Shown here piece by piece: positions 1-14,003 of a DNA stretch of 64,000 bases. The position numbers were made by a program, and so were the translations under genes. Source of the stretch: the human T2T-CHM13v2.0 reference genome, Homo sapiens. The number at the start of each line of letters is the position of its first letter. Positions within the stretch are counted from its first letter, which is position 1. The notes under the pieces are model-generated. The model did no database searches. It was given only the letters and a program-made list of their open reading frames with translations, and was not told the DNA's origin. Where the stretch lies: assembly GCF_009914755.1 (NCBI RefSeq), contig NC_060938.1. One strand, 5' to 3'.

Positions 1-5
1 CCCAG

Positions 6-89
6 GCTCCCAAATCCCCCTCATCACCTAGGAAGACTGAGAGTGAACTGGAGAAATCATTTGCAGAGAAAGTGAAGGAGATAAGGAAG
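6..89 (+). CDS. CCDC196: Internal coding exon of coiled-coil protein (APKSPSSPRKTESELEKSFAEKVKEIRK), phase 0-0
   Basis: cag| acceptor at 4-5 (its polypyrimidine tract lies outside the window); AAG|gtagta donor; 84 nt open frame that joins the next four exons in frame. Gene name is from recalled position upstream of GPHN. Confidence 0.75.
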
Positions 90-610
90 GTAGTACAGCC
101 ATTCTGAATGGCAGTGGCTTTTAGAGCTAGTAAACTAGAAATCTTTAATGTTGTAGTAATTTGCCTAAGGTATGGTGTGCTCTTGGACCAATGCCAATTT
201 TTATAGATTTGGTTCCCTTGTGTTACTATATTTGAGTTAGAGTGATATCACAAGTTTCTGGGAAATCATATTACGAAAAAGTGAGAGAAGCTATACCAAC
301 AATGATAACTCTGCAACAGCTAAATGATGTCAGAACTTCCGTTCATTTGTCTTTGAAAATGTATTCAGTGGTAGTATGCTGGTATCTCATCTTCCCATAA
401 CCAACTCACCAACATAAAATAACCCTATTCATTAGCTTTTAGAGGATGGCTTGTACAGTTGAGGCCAATTAAGAGAATTGTGCAGTTAAAGTCAATTTAA
501 TAGTAAATCTGCGACACTATAATTTTGCTATAAGGCTTTTGCAGCATATTGAGAAAACTGATTGCTGATCTCAATTTACTTTGTCACCCAGAGGCTCTTT
601 CTTCCACCAG

Positions 611-670
611 GAAAAGCAACAGAGGAAAATGGAATGGGTCAAGTATCAGGAACAAAATAACATCCTTCAG
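611..670 (+). CDS. CCDC196: Coding exon (EKQQRKMEWVKYQEQNNILQ), phase 0-0
   Basis: ctctttcttccaccag| acceptor, CAG|gtacta donor, 60 nt, open and in frame. Confidence 0.85.
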
Positions 671-1037
671 GTACTAAGATCTTCCAAGGCTGGATATAGG
701 ATGCAATTTCATTCATATAATACAAAGGCTTTTAGCTGCATATTGTGAAGCCCAGTCCCCACATCCTAGATTACCGATTGCCCTGCTAAAACAAATGTAT
801 CATAGAAAGATAGCTGAAGGGACCTATCTCTGAACTTGGAATAAATGGTATTTCTTCCTATATTCTTGATTTCGTTCTATTCTAAATGGGGAAAAATCAC
901 AAATACTTTCTACCCAACTTTTAAAGACTGAGCATGATGGAATTACTTTTTAACTTCTGGGTAAAGAGGATTCAGGTAACAATGGATTCAGAGAAGCCAA
1001 TCCTATATGTGTAGTTTTGGAAAATATTCTCTTTCAG

Positions 1038-1179
1038 AATGATTTTCATGGCAAAGTGATTGAGCTGAGAATTGAAGCCTTGAAGAACTACCAGAAGGCC
1101 AATGACCTGAAATTATCACTGTATTTGCAGCAGAATTTTGAGCCAATGCAAGCATTTTTAAATCTTCCTGGGTCCCAAG
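1038..1179 (+). CDS. CCDC196: Coding exon (NDFHGKVIELRIEALKNYQKANDLKLSLYLQQNFEPMQAFLNLPGSQ-G), phase 0-1
   Basis: ttctctttcag| acceptor, AAG|gtaggt donor, 142 nt = 47 codons + 1. Confidence 0.85.
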
Positions 1180-1258
1180 GTAGGTAGAATATCCCAGGTA
1201 CACAGTTTGAGGTTTTGTTTTGTTTATTTTATATTGGAGACCTTTACTTGTAAAGTGA

Positions 1259-1625
<367 letters not shown>

Positions 1626-2129
1626 TATCATCATTTTTATGACTCAGAAGCTTCTTTACTAAGGCAAAGATTCTCTCTGGGAGAACTGTTTTCCTTTGTA
1701 AAGATAAAGTAATATATTACATACTTAGCATATGTAGCTGATATATAGCTAGCACTCAATAAAATATGTTTCCTTTCCACCTCATCCCCTTTTCTAGGAA
1801 TTAGAATTGTTTAATCTTATTAATCTTGCTGGAATAGACTCTGCTACTTCAAAGCAGAAGGCCAAGGAGACAGACATCTGACAAAGGTTGTGAATTTTGT
1901 CAATCCAGTTGTCCCTCTGAGAGTTTCAGCGATTTCCCCACAGAATTTACGGCAATATTAGAGAAAATAATATAGTTCATTTAAAAAATAGAATATAGAG
2001 ATGGCTCTGAGGACAGGGAAAAAGTTCTTAAATTTTCAAGTATCTATGAATATGAACTCCATTTTTCAAAAAGGACACGAGATGGGAAATCATGGCCAAG
2101 GGATGACAATGTTCTATCAGTATCAGTAT

Positions 2130-2760
2130 GTATGTTTCTAATTTCTTAGTCTTATTCTGTAAAGCGCTTAAACAGCTTACAAAAATCACAGTCAACACAT
2201 AGGGTTAAATAAATATATGAGTAAATCAAAGAAAAGGGAAAATAAGTTGAAGCCGGGCAAATACACAAGAATGCATAATGAGAGTACTGTACAGCTGGCA
2301 GAGGTAGGCTACAAATTTGGTTCTGAATTTTCCAGTAAAAAGAAACATGGATTTATGAAACTCATGAAGTAACAACAAACCAATTGCTCAGGAGAAACAT
2401 AGTTTTTCCTGGTGTTGAAATCTGAGAGAAATTTCTCCTCCAGGTCCATATAATGGGGGCAGGACATTGTTTGTGTGATGATAGTCGCCAATGTCTTCAA
2501 CAATATTTCAAAATAAATTCAGAATCTAAATTTCCTAGGTTGTTTCTCCTCTGTTCTTTGGCATAATCTGATAAAAAGATATTAATCTGAAATTTATTTT
2601 AAGTGACAAATCACCTCAAGATGATTTGATTCAGGTACATAAGACTCTCTGGTCTGGCTTGATCCATAGGTAAATTTTAGAAAACTAGTAAGACTGAACT
2701 GACTATCCTTCAGGCAGTATTCTATGCATATTTTTCTTTCAATTTATGTTCTAATAAGAA
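2130..2760. mobile_element. Possible ancient LINE remnant (L4/RTE-like)
   Basis: Segment accaattgctcaggagaaacatagtttttcctgg resembles a recalled L4 consensus; highly diverged. Confidence 0.3.
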
Positions 2761-3621
2761 TTGGACAGCATAAAATTGGAAAGAATCCTGGAATGCAACA
2801 AGAAGCAGTATTAAATCATTAAGATACAAATTTAAAAGACAGAAGAGAAGAGGGTTATGAGGAAGACAGACAAGTCCCTGTTTTACTTCATTCAAAATTA
2901 GCTGAAGGTCATCTCAAGGGATCTATATGGTAAAGAGCCAAAAGCTTTTTAGCTCCAGAATCAAATTAAGTCTAAATTAGTAAATAAGGGTTCCATTCAA
3001 CTTGATTGTCTCAGGAGATATTTTTTCTCCTTGCATGTAAAACATTGAATCAACTTTGAATTGGAACAGCCACAGATCCACATCTTCTTTTCTCTCCTTT
3101 CCTTTTATGTTCCTGGAGAATTAAATGATAGGGTACTATACGGCTTAGTTACCACAAATTAATGTAGCCACAGGCAATGGATCAATGTGTTAAATTGATT
3201 CTGCATTCATTTAGCACTAATTATGGGCCAGTTTCATTTTCTAACACATGTATTCAAACTCTATAGGTTTGTTTGAGCCCAAGTGGATTTGAAATCTAAT
3301 GGAGTCCTATATTTTGGTTATGTGGCCTATTTTTTCACCTCTAGTATTTGATTATTTAAAAGCAAACAAATATTCTCTTCATAAAGGATTTTAAAACTAA
3401 TTATGTAAAGAGGTTATTACCAACCTATTTGGTAATAATTTCTTAATGGTAGGTGTTGTAGTATTTTCCAACTTTGTGTATCACCTGGACTATTATTTAT
3501 TCAATATTTGTTGTTTACATTGACTTCTTTAGTTTCCTAAATGCATTCCTTGAAAATAAAATTTATATTACTATTTTAAATGAAGAATCAATAGAGTTTT
3601 CCACAATAGAAGGTAAACTTA

Positions 3622-4040
<419 letters not shown>

Positions 4041-4645
4041 TTAAAGAAAGCCAGCACCAAACTGCAACTTTCTCCTTGATGCCATCAAGTTTGAAATAAT
4101 TGAAAAGGCAATAATTTTCTCACTGTGATTTATAGTATTTAATGCCTTGTCCCAACACCGAAATTTATCCCAATTGCCACCTAAAATCATCTCATCATCA
4201 AATTTTGGCAAATTGTAATTTAAGGAAAAAAGCACTGAATTTAAGACTCAGATACATGAGTTGCAGGCCTTCCTCTGAGGCTCACCAGTTATATGACTTG
4301 GAAAAGTCATTTAATTTCAGGTTTTAAAAATACAAACAACATTAACATGGAGCATGCTGAGAACTTAATACCTTGTGCAACCCTCACAGTGACTCTATGA
4401 AAGGTATTATAGAACAAGAAACAAGCTCAGAGAAGCCAGGCTTCTTGGCTCCATATTCAATCCTTATTCCCTAGACTATGCTACAAAATGGATGTGTAAA
4501 AGCATGTGACTTTTCATGCCTCTTCTAGATCTAAACGCTATAATTTGAATCCAAATTTATTATCTGTTTAACGTATAATCTTCTCAGTGAAGAAGCATAC
4601 TCCTAAGGTTAATTTGTTCAGTAAGAAAATGTTAACTCTGCATTT

Positions 4646-4664
4646 AGCCCAGTAGGTGGCACCA
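4646..4664 (+). promoter_or_regulatory. Candidate CTCF site
   Basis: AGCCCAGTAGGTGGCACCA matches the CCASYAGRKGGCRSY core. Confidence 0.55.
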
Positions 4665-6433
4665 ACCACATCCAGGCTTCAAGTCCACAGAGTGGTAATT
4701 CAGGAACCATGAAATGCTGTGGGAGAGATCGGTCTTCTATTACTCTCAGGACAAAAGGTGCCACATTCATGTATCAAATGAAAAAAGAAAAAAATTTCTT
4801 GATGTTTTATCACATGCTCTTTTGGCACCAAGGTGTATTACTGGCAGCCTTGATTAGACCATGTTAAACTCAGTGTTCTGTTGCATAATTTTTACCTAGT
4901 ATTTTACTCCCTGTACTACAGTTATCTCCATTTCAAAAAACAGTCACTGCCCACTTCCTCCACAATCCTTGTAGAATAGTGTTCCCTTCCACCACAGATA
5001 AATCAGGCGATTGGGGCACTAAAAGAAAAAATGAGCACTAAACAAAAAATAAAAGATGGTGCTTATTTGAAGTTTGTATACTTAACAGTGTTACAGGACA
5101 GCGTTTCTTTTTCTCTAGTTTCAAAAGAATTGAATTGCACAAACCTGTCTTAGAGAAAGGGTGGAATATAATTTTGGACACACCTCTCAGTAAATCAGGG
5201 TACAGGCTTTTCTGTTCTAAGCATTTCCAAGTAGATGAAGAGTTTACCTCAGTACTCTTAGCCAAGAATTCCTCCTCCCACTGTCCGATGTGCTGGTTGG
5301 CTGAGTTGCAGTGGTATGATCTGTGTAGCTGGCAAAATACAATCCTGTGTTAATATTACTGATTTTGTTACACTTCAACAAATCCCTACTTGTGAATTCC
5401 CTTGATGCCCAGGATGTGGCATTACCGTCATCCATGTTATCTCTTTGGCATGCTGCCTCACTTAGTCTGTTTATACCTACGATGAAGTCTTTACTTTTGA
5501 TCTTTCCGGAGACAGGTGACATTTGAAAGGATTTACTTTTCCACCAGTGTAAAATTATAATTTGATTCAGGGTGTATTGTAGGCCCTCCCTAACTTCTAT
5601 AGAGTCCAGAAGGCAAGTTTGTGGACTTTGGCAGTCACCTATCTTAGAGAGCACAGGTGCTAAGCAATCTCTAAATTCAACTGAATTTCCCATCATATCT
5701 GCTGGTGTTTAAAGAAGAGGTTTATCTTCAGCAATAATATAACTTGTGTTAAGACATTTGATTCTGATAGCTTTGCTTTTCTCTCCTCCCCTCAATCCCC
5801 ACCAACTCTTAGCATTTCCTTGAGCTCTTCTGAGAAAAACCTGAACGTTGGATGTGAGTATTATGCTACACTTATAAATTCAGATGAAAGCCCAGCGAAA
5901 TGGGAAATGAATACTCTTTGAGACCTTATTTATTCTCTAACTCCTTCTGTTCTGAAAGCAAGTCATTCTTCCTGGCTTTAACCTTTACTTCACTTTAGTA
6001 TTATTCTTCCTGATGGCTGAACTACACTTCAGCAGGTGCTGCTGAAGGGAAAATAGTAGTGTTAAGCTAAAATGCTGAAGGGCAGGGGCGGAAAACCACA
6101 GCTAGCTCAAATCCGGGTCCTTGATAAGCAGTACTGTTGCTTTCAAGTACAGGCTTTTTAAAGCTTTGAGGCAACCTGAACCTTTTGAATGTCAAAGTTA
6201 GGTTTATGGTATTAATAGGTTATAAAGTTAATTTCTAAACTAAGTCATTCTTTTACTTCTTTAATACTTCACAGAAATTCAGGGGGAGAATAAAATTCTT
6301 TTCTTCCTAAATATAAATTTTGAAGCTTGACAAAATAAACTGTACCCTTATTAATATTATTTTAATGGGTGACAACAGATTCCATAATTTGTGGGCATCA
6401 CACACTCAGGAGTGCAGCAGTATGTCTAGGAAA

Positions 6434-6607
6434 ATGTTATCATATTTAGCAAATAAAAAGGGATACCCTATTAAATTTGAATTTCACCAAATAATTTTTA
6501 GTATAAGTGTGTCCCAAATATTTCATGAGATATATGAAAAATTATTTGGTGTTTATATTAAAATTCAAATTTAACTGGGAGTCCCATATTTTAGTCTGGC
6601 AACTCTA
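6434..6607. mobile_element. MER53 palindromic hAT MITE
   Basis: Inverted arms ttaaatttgaattt...aaattcaaatttaa and terminal tctggcaac match recalled MER53. Confidence 0.75.
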
Positions 6608-7094
6608 ATTTAGAACAGACTCACTATCGGTTGTATTTAGCACCCTATAATTCTCCCTTTTTCTCCTTTTCATTGCCTCCCTTCTCACCCTACGCCTACC
6701 ATTCTGTCTGCTTCCTCTTTCTCTTCCCCATCTTCACCTTTATCTTTTGTTTATTCTCCACTATCTATAATTGACCATTTTTGTGAAATATATCTATCTG
6801 GTTTATCTGAGGGTATGTATATATACACATAACTTATTATTCCACTTCTTTATTTACTTGCATATAATTCTTAAATGATTTTTCCCCCTGTGGGACATGA
6901 GCTGTAAACAGAAAAACAGTCTGCCACTCCAACTTCTGAAATATTGTTTGACAAAGTTATTTTCTAAAAAAAAAAAATCAGAAAATTCACATCAATGCTA
7001 ATACCCACAGTGATACAAAACAAAACAAAACTAGTGGTTTTTTTTTTTTTTCCCCCTCAAAAGAAGCTCTTATTTTCCTAATGTTTCCCCTTAG

Positions 7095-7153
7095 GTACTA
7101 TGGGCATTACAACTATGGACAGAGTGACTACTGGCAGAAATGAACACCATGTG
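7095..7153 (+). CDS. CCDC196: Penultimate coding exon (G-TMGITTMDRVTTGRNEHHV), phase 1-0
   Basis: tttccccttag| acceptor, GTG|gtgaga donor; 59 nt completes the phase-1 codon left by exon 1038-1179. Confidence 0.8.
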
Positions 7154-7338
7154 GTGAGAACTACTTTCTTTAAACAAACAAAAAATCGTTTTAAGGGCTT
7201 GAATAGATAGTGGGTATAGATTTTTGGAATGCATTGCTTAACATATATTCTAATTTAATATTTTAGGGGATTTGCAGAGTGGGTGCTAGGGTACTCAATA
7301 TTTTAGCTGTCCTTTTTCCTCTGTTTTTTCCTGTCTAG

Positions 7339-7458
7339 AGAATTCTGGGAACAAAGATCTACACAGAACAACAAGGAACTAAAGGAAGTCAGCTTGATAA
7401 TACAGGAGGGAGACTCTTTTTTCTGAGGTCATTGCCAGATGAAGCACTGAAGAATTAG
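7339..7458 (+). CDS. CCDC196: Terminal coding exon (RILGTKIYTEQQGTKGSQLDNTGGRLFFLRSLPDEALKN*)
   Basis: Long pyrimidine tract ending ctgtctag|, 39 codons then TAG at 7456-7458, short 3'UTR. Confidence 0.8.
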   Translation, partial: RILGTKIYTEQQGTKGSQLDNTGGRLFFLRSLPDEALKN

Positions 7459-7518
7459 CAGGCTTTCGCTCCATTTGCTTTGGACAGATTTAAAGACTAG
7501 GCACAGCCATTTGTGTTA

Positions 7519-7524
7519 ATTAAA
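7519..7524 (+). terminator. CCDC196: Polyadenylation signal ATTAAA
   Basis: ATTAAA about 60 nt after the stop codon, followed by a GT/T-rich downstream element (ctttgttttagtgctgtttt). Confidence 0.6.
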
Positions 7525-7849
7525 ATCTCTCGCACCTTTGTTTTAGTGCTGTTTTCCCTCTCTCCCCCGACCAATCTGGGTGGAAATGTTGGATGTCTGG
7601 CCTTAAACATGTATGGAATGTAGTCATTTAGGGATTGTAAACAACCTCTGATTATTTTGATAGCTTTTGGATTTGAAATGACCACATTTCAACCACATTA
7701 TACAATATGTTTTTACTAAGTCCATAAAAAGGAGCTTCTCTCCACTTCTGAAGTATGTAATTGTGGACAGATCCAACAGTGGGAAATGAGAAAAAGTAGG
7801 TATAAAATAAGTAAAATTATATACCACAGACTTCTTTTACTCTCTCACC

Positions 7850-8715
7850 AAAAACATCAAAATGACCTGTTGATTCTGCCTCCTTGTTATCTATTCCTTG
7901 AATATCATCCACTTTCCTAGTACCACTGTGGTTTTGTTTTTGTTTTTGTTTTTTTCCCCAGGCCCTCCTTCCTGCCTGGATTACCATAGCCTCTTAATTG
8001 GTTTCCCCTGCTTCCAGTTCCTCTAATTCATCTTCCACAGTACCACTGAAGCTATCTTTTATAAAAGATAAATGAGATCATGTCATTCCCCTACTGGTTT
8101 CTCGCTGAAGTCCAAGGTCCTTCACAGACCATAAATGATATGCCTCCTGCCTACCTTCTCTGTCTCATCTTTCACTATGTCCCCCTTTTCTCATACATCC
8201 CACATTGAGCTCCACATTACTATTAATATTTACAGTTCTCCCCATGTATCATTAGTTCTATTAGGTCCATGCACAAAGTGGAAGGATACTTCTCTCCTTT
8301 AGCTATGACCATTGCCTGTTTGTCTTAAGGACTGAATGTGCTGCCCTTCTATCCCACTGATACTCAATCCTAGCTGTGTATTGGAATCCCCTTAAGAGCT
8401 TTGAAAAATAGCATTCTACTGGGCCCCGCCCCTGATAATTTAAATTATGGTAACTGAGCGATAGGGCAAAAGCATCCGTATTTTTTAAAAGCTTCTCAAG
8501 AAATTCTAATGGGCAATCAGGTTTGAGACTTGTTGCTAGGCTCTCTTACTTCTGTCACAGCACTAATTGAACTCTATCGCAATTATTGGTTTATCCAGCT
8601 ACCTTCCTCATCAGGTGGTGAGCTCTTTGAGGGCCAGGATTCTATCTTGCTATCTTTTCATTTTGACTGCTTAACACAGTGCCTAGCATTTTAAAGAGGC
8701 TCAGTAAATGATATG
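7850..8715. mobile_element. L2 fragments with an embedded MER5-like fragment (about 8380-8535)
   Basis: L2-typical motifs (cctggattaccatagcctc, gagggccaggattctatc, cacagtgcctagca) and MER5-like gggccccgcccc...gaaattctaatg. Confidence 0.5.
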
Positions 8716-11700
8716 TAGAAGGCCACAGAAAGTTAATTTCCAAGTCCCAGGTCTCTCGATGTCTTGCCTTGTGTTAATTACCACGGGATTATATCATAGT
8801 TCCTGAGATCTTCAGATATTTTCTTTCACTCTAAGTTGTCATTAATTTCCTATCTCATGTCAGTATAGAAGAGTTGATTTGTCACAAAACACTTCATAAT
8901 CTGTAGGAATCCCTCATACTTTCTGGTAATAAGCAAAGTGAGCCAGCCAATTCAAAATCTTCTTTTTCTCAATGTCAATTTAAATCTTTAAAGATGCATT
9001 TTAAATATGAATTTTTAAATGTACTTTTGCACTGGAAACGGTTTACAAGAAATCACAGAATTTTGGCATTAGAAGGAACTTTAAATAACTATAAAGTTTC
9101 CTTCACTTTCCAAAAAAGGATACTGGAGTTCAGATACATTGAAAAGGTGTCTAAATTCCTACAGTTAATTGGGGCCAGGGCTGGTTACCAGAGCCTAGGT
9201 ATTAATACTGCCAGTTCATATTCCAATCTAAATTGTATCTTTCCTCTCCTAACCACAAAAATAATGGCCTCTAAAACCCTGAGGTGATTAGTTTAATATT
9301 CTACCAACTGAGTTAGTGGAGTATGTAATTTACATTGTTTCAAGAAAGCCATCACTGTACTTATTTAGTCCCTGGGAGATTCTGGCAGTCCTGAGAGATT
9401 TTCCAAGTCAATTGGATTAGACAGAGCAATGAGAACAAAAGATGAAAATATAAAATCTGAATGTACTACTGATTACCTTGAACTAGTCATTTAACCTCAG
9501 GGCTTTAGATTCCCAATTTTAAAATTAAATTAAAAGAGCATCATTTGAATGTTTTAAAATTATGGGTTTGTTTTTTTTTTAACCACTACAGTGAGTTTGA
9601 ATTCGTATATGACCTCCCTCCTTTTTTTTTTTTTTCTTGTTTGTTGTTAACTAAGGCATGGAATAAAGTAGTTTACTTGGTAGCTGAGGTTGTAACTTCT
9701 TAAAAAGTGAATTATTTGCCATTGCCAAAGTATTTACATTTTATGTTCATTACCAGTCAGGCTTAACATCTTTCCTTCAAATGTTCCAAACCTTTCAATT
9801 TTTTCAAAACACAAAACTGGGATAGCCTGTTATCCTACTTTGTCTTTAGGACTTTATATTGGACTCTGACTTTCATAAGGGCAGTATAAAGTTATCAGTT
9901 AGATTGGGTGACTCCTCATGAGTGTCTGCATTTCAGTGAATCCAGGAAATGGATCTCAGTTTTGTGAGTACAGACAAATTTATATGGTCAACTTATTCAA
10001 AAGGTCAGAGACTTATTCAAGCTACTCAAACTCCCAAGAGATTAACTGATACACCCAATATTAAATTACAGAGAGGGCTATTACCTTACAATTTGGTGGG
10101 AATATGTCTATATTTAGGGTATTCCTATCTCCAAATCAAGTTATAGTAAACTGAACTAGTAATCAAAAAGTACTTGGGATTGAAACATCATTATTATAGT
10201 TTTATTTGTGCTCATAATATTCTGATTATATTCCTCTGAGAATAAAATCTCTGATAACCTTAACCACATATGGGCAATACTTTTCAATTTCAAGGTCAAT
10301 TGAGGAAAAACCTGTCCCACCAGCAATACATTTACAAATCGTAACTTTGGGTAGACTATTTTTGTAACTTATCTCATTTATTTTATCTTGACTTTCTAGC
10401 CATGCAGAGGATATCAGCTAACATTCTATCCCAAAAAGTTGCCTTTTTGCATTGCCAGAAAGTGATTAGTAATGTCTGTCACACTTCCTAAATGAAATAA
10501 GGCCAACAACAGCCTGATACTTTCATCTTTAGTCTAGAATTGCAATAATCAAAGAGGGGAAGCGACAACACATAACATTTTGCCTTACACTCGTAGATCC
10601 AGGCAGAAAATCTAGTTTTAGTGTTGTTTATGTGAACAGTGGCCACCTTAGGTGGTGTCTCTCCTTTTATTGGTAGAGGCTTCTGTAACCTGTTGCACGC
10701 CAAGTAAAATCTCTATTGGTCCCTCTGGCACCTTGGAAGGAGCCTGCATTGCTACCAATTCAAAGTCCCTGTTGATTCATATGTTCTGTATTTAGTCAAC
10801 AAATATTAGGAAATGGGAAGAGAACAAGGTCCCGTGCTGGAAAGGGAGGCTTGGTCTGCAACCAGTCAATTTCACGGCAGGAGATGCACAGGCAGATACA
10901 TATGAAATATAATTATTACATGGCAAAAGTGAGAATTTTTCAGGACAACTAAAAATCCATCTTCTCTACTTCTTTCACAAATTCACTTATGATTCCTAAC
11001 ATGAAAACTTAAGTTTCATTTTAAGTATAAAACATGATATAAACATTCCTAGAAACTATATTTCTCCCAATTATTAGTCAACCTAGGGAAAGTGAGATTA
11101 CTTAGGTTAACAAAATAATTTTTGTTTTGTACGTTGCTTTTTAAGGAAAAATATTTTTCTGGGGATGCTGGGTTTTAAGATAAATTTTAGTTACATAGAA
11201 ACCAATGAATAATGGTAGAAAAGCATGATGCTTTTGATTTTTTAAAAGGTCCACTTAAAGTCAATCCATGTCAGTTTTTAAGCTTGGACTATCTTTTCTT
11301 GATATATATACTGAATCCTAAAAACTGAAGGCATTGCAGACAGAGCCCTTTTAAGAAATCAAATAGCTTCTGGGGCAATTAATATTACTTTCCAATTTAG
11401 CAAATCTCATTTTCCTTTCCCATATCTAATGATCTTTCCCTCTTCTAGAAAATACTGCCCTTCTCTTTTATGGTCTACCTTTTTTTTTTTTTCTTTCAGG
11501 AGGGAGAAAAATTAGTGCTTCCTTTAGAAATCAAAATTTTTGTTCCTGGTTTTCTTCTTTTATCAGATACACAGCCACATAAATAAATGGAAACTTCGTA
11601 CATTTGTAAATTGTCAGTACATACCTAGGAAGAACTTCTCTACCTTCTGAATATTAATATGTGACTATATAGGCAGAATTAAAGGTATATAAACTGGAGC

Positions 11701-11873
11701 CCTCAGGAAAGTATAACCTCTATAGTATAATGGAGAAAGAGGAGTTTGTAATTTGTCTTATAAGTGCTTTGCAGATTGGCACATGATGTAAATCTATGAT
11801 TCTCAGTTTTGGTTCTTGGGATCCTTTACATTCGTAAAAATTGAGGATTTTATGGAGCTTTTGCTTATGTAGG

Positions 11874-12252
11874 TGATATGGTTTGGCTCTGTGTCCCCAT
11901 CCAAATCTCATCTTGAATTGTACTCCCATAATTCCCAGGTGTTGTGGCAAGAACACGGGGGGGAGATAGCTGAATCATGAGGGTGGTTTCCCTCATACTG
12001 TTCTCATGGTAGTGAGTAAGTCTCATGGGATCTGATGGTTTTATCAGAGGCTTCTGCTTTTGTGTCTTCCTCATTCCCTCTTTGCCTGCTGCCATCCACG
12101 TAAGATGTGACTTGCTCCTCCTTGCCTTCCGCCATGATTGTGAGGCATCCCCAGCCACGTAGAACTGTGAGTTCTCTACTAAACCTCCTTCCTTTGTAAA
12201 TTGCCCAGTCTCAGGTATCTCTTTATCAGCAGCATGAAAACAGACTAATACA
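11874..12252 (+). mobile_element. THE1 (ERVL-MaLR) solo LTR
   Basis: TGATATGGTTTGG...GACTAATACA termini; perfect 5-bp TSD GTAGG (11869-73 and 12253-57). Confidence 0.95.
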
Positions 12253-12344
12253 GTAGGTTACCTATATTCAAATTTCCAGATTAAAAAATTTTAAATATAC
12301 TAAATATTTACTATAATGGGGTACTGATCTAAATTATACCCTAG

Positions 12345-12470
12345 AGCCAGATGCTGTGGCTCGTATCTGTAATCACAGTTACTTGGGAGGCTGAAGCAGG
12401 AGGATATCTTGAGGTGAGGAGTTTGAGACCAGCTTGGCCAACACAGAGAGACTATGTTTCTCTTAAAAAC
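12345..12470 (+). mobile_element. Alu left monomer (FLAM-like)
   Basis: Single diverged left arm. Confidence 0.75.
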
Positions 12471-12485
12471 ATATGAATATATATT

Positions 12486-12492
12486 TGTGTGT

Positions 12493-12527
<35 letters not shown>
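12486..12527. repeat. (TG)4(AC)16 microsatellite
   Basis: Seen directly. Confidence 0.95.
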
Positions 12528-12528
<1 letters not shown>

Positions 12529-13207
12529 CCTAGAGAAGCCAATGCCATCTTTTTGCAATGTAGGAAGAGCCAAGGTGAGAATGAAGTTAACAAAGAAGAA
12601 AGCATAGCTCAAAGTGACATCCTAATGACATAGTTTCAGACTCTGAATCTAGCCAACCCTGAAGCTACACAAGTCCAGACTTGTTAGCTGCATAAGCCAA
12701 TGAATTTCTTTTGGCTTCAACTAGGATCAGTTGCTTGCAACCAAGCATGTCATCAGACATCTGGGTTTCCAATCGTGGGCTTCAGGGAAATAGAGTAACT
12801 GAAGCCAAGAAAAGCAAAACTGCAGATAAGGGAGGGCTACTGTGTACTTCATGCTACTGAATTGTACACTTTTAAATGGCTAAAATGGTAAATTTTATGA
12901 ATGTGTATTTTACCATTTAAAAAATGGTGAGGATGAAGCTTTGGTTGCTTTAAATGTATTTTTTCCCCAAAGAAAGATAGATTATGGTCAAGAAGAACTT
13001 TAAATTGGCTGAATTAGGCTTTGTATTTTTTCCCCTAGAATTGCTGTAACTAATTCTGGTCTGAAAATAGGTGAGTACAATACAATAAGATATTTTGAGA
13101 GACAGAGCCCACATTAACATAACTTTTATTACAGTAAATTGTTATAATTGTACTATTTTATTATCAGTTATTTCTGTCAATCTCTTACGGTGACTACTAT
13201 ATAATTA

Positions 13208-14003
<796 letters not shown>

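Noticed and set aside
10639-10659. CTCF-like TGGCCACCTTAGGTGGTG
   Set aside because: Extra bases in the core break the motif spacing; it is only a short palindrome.
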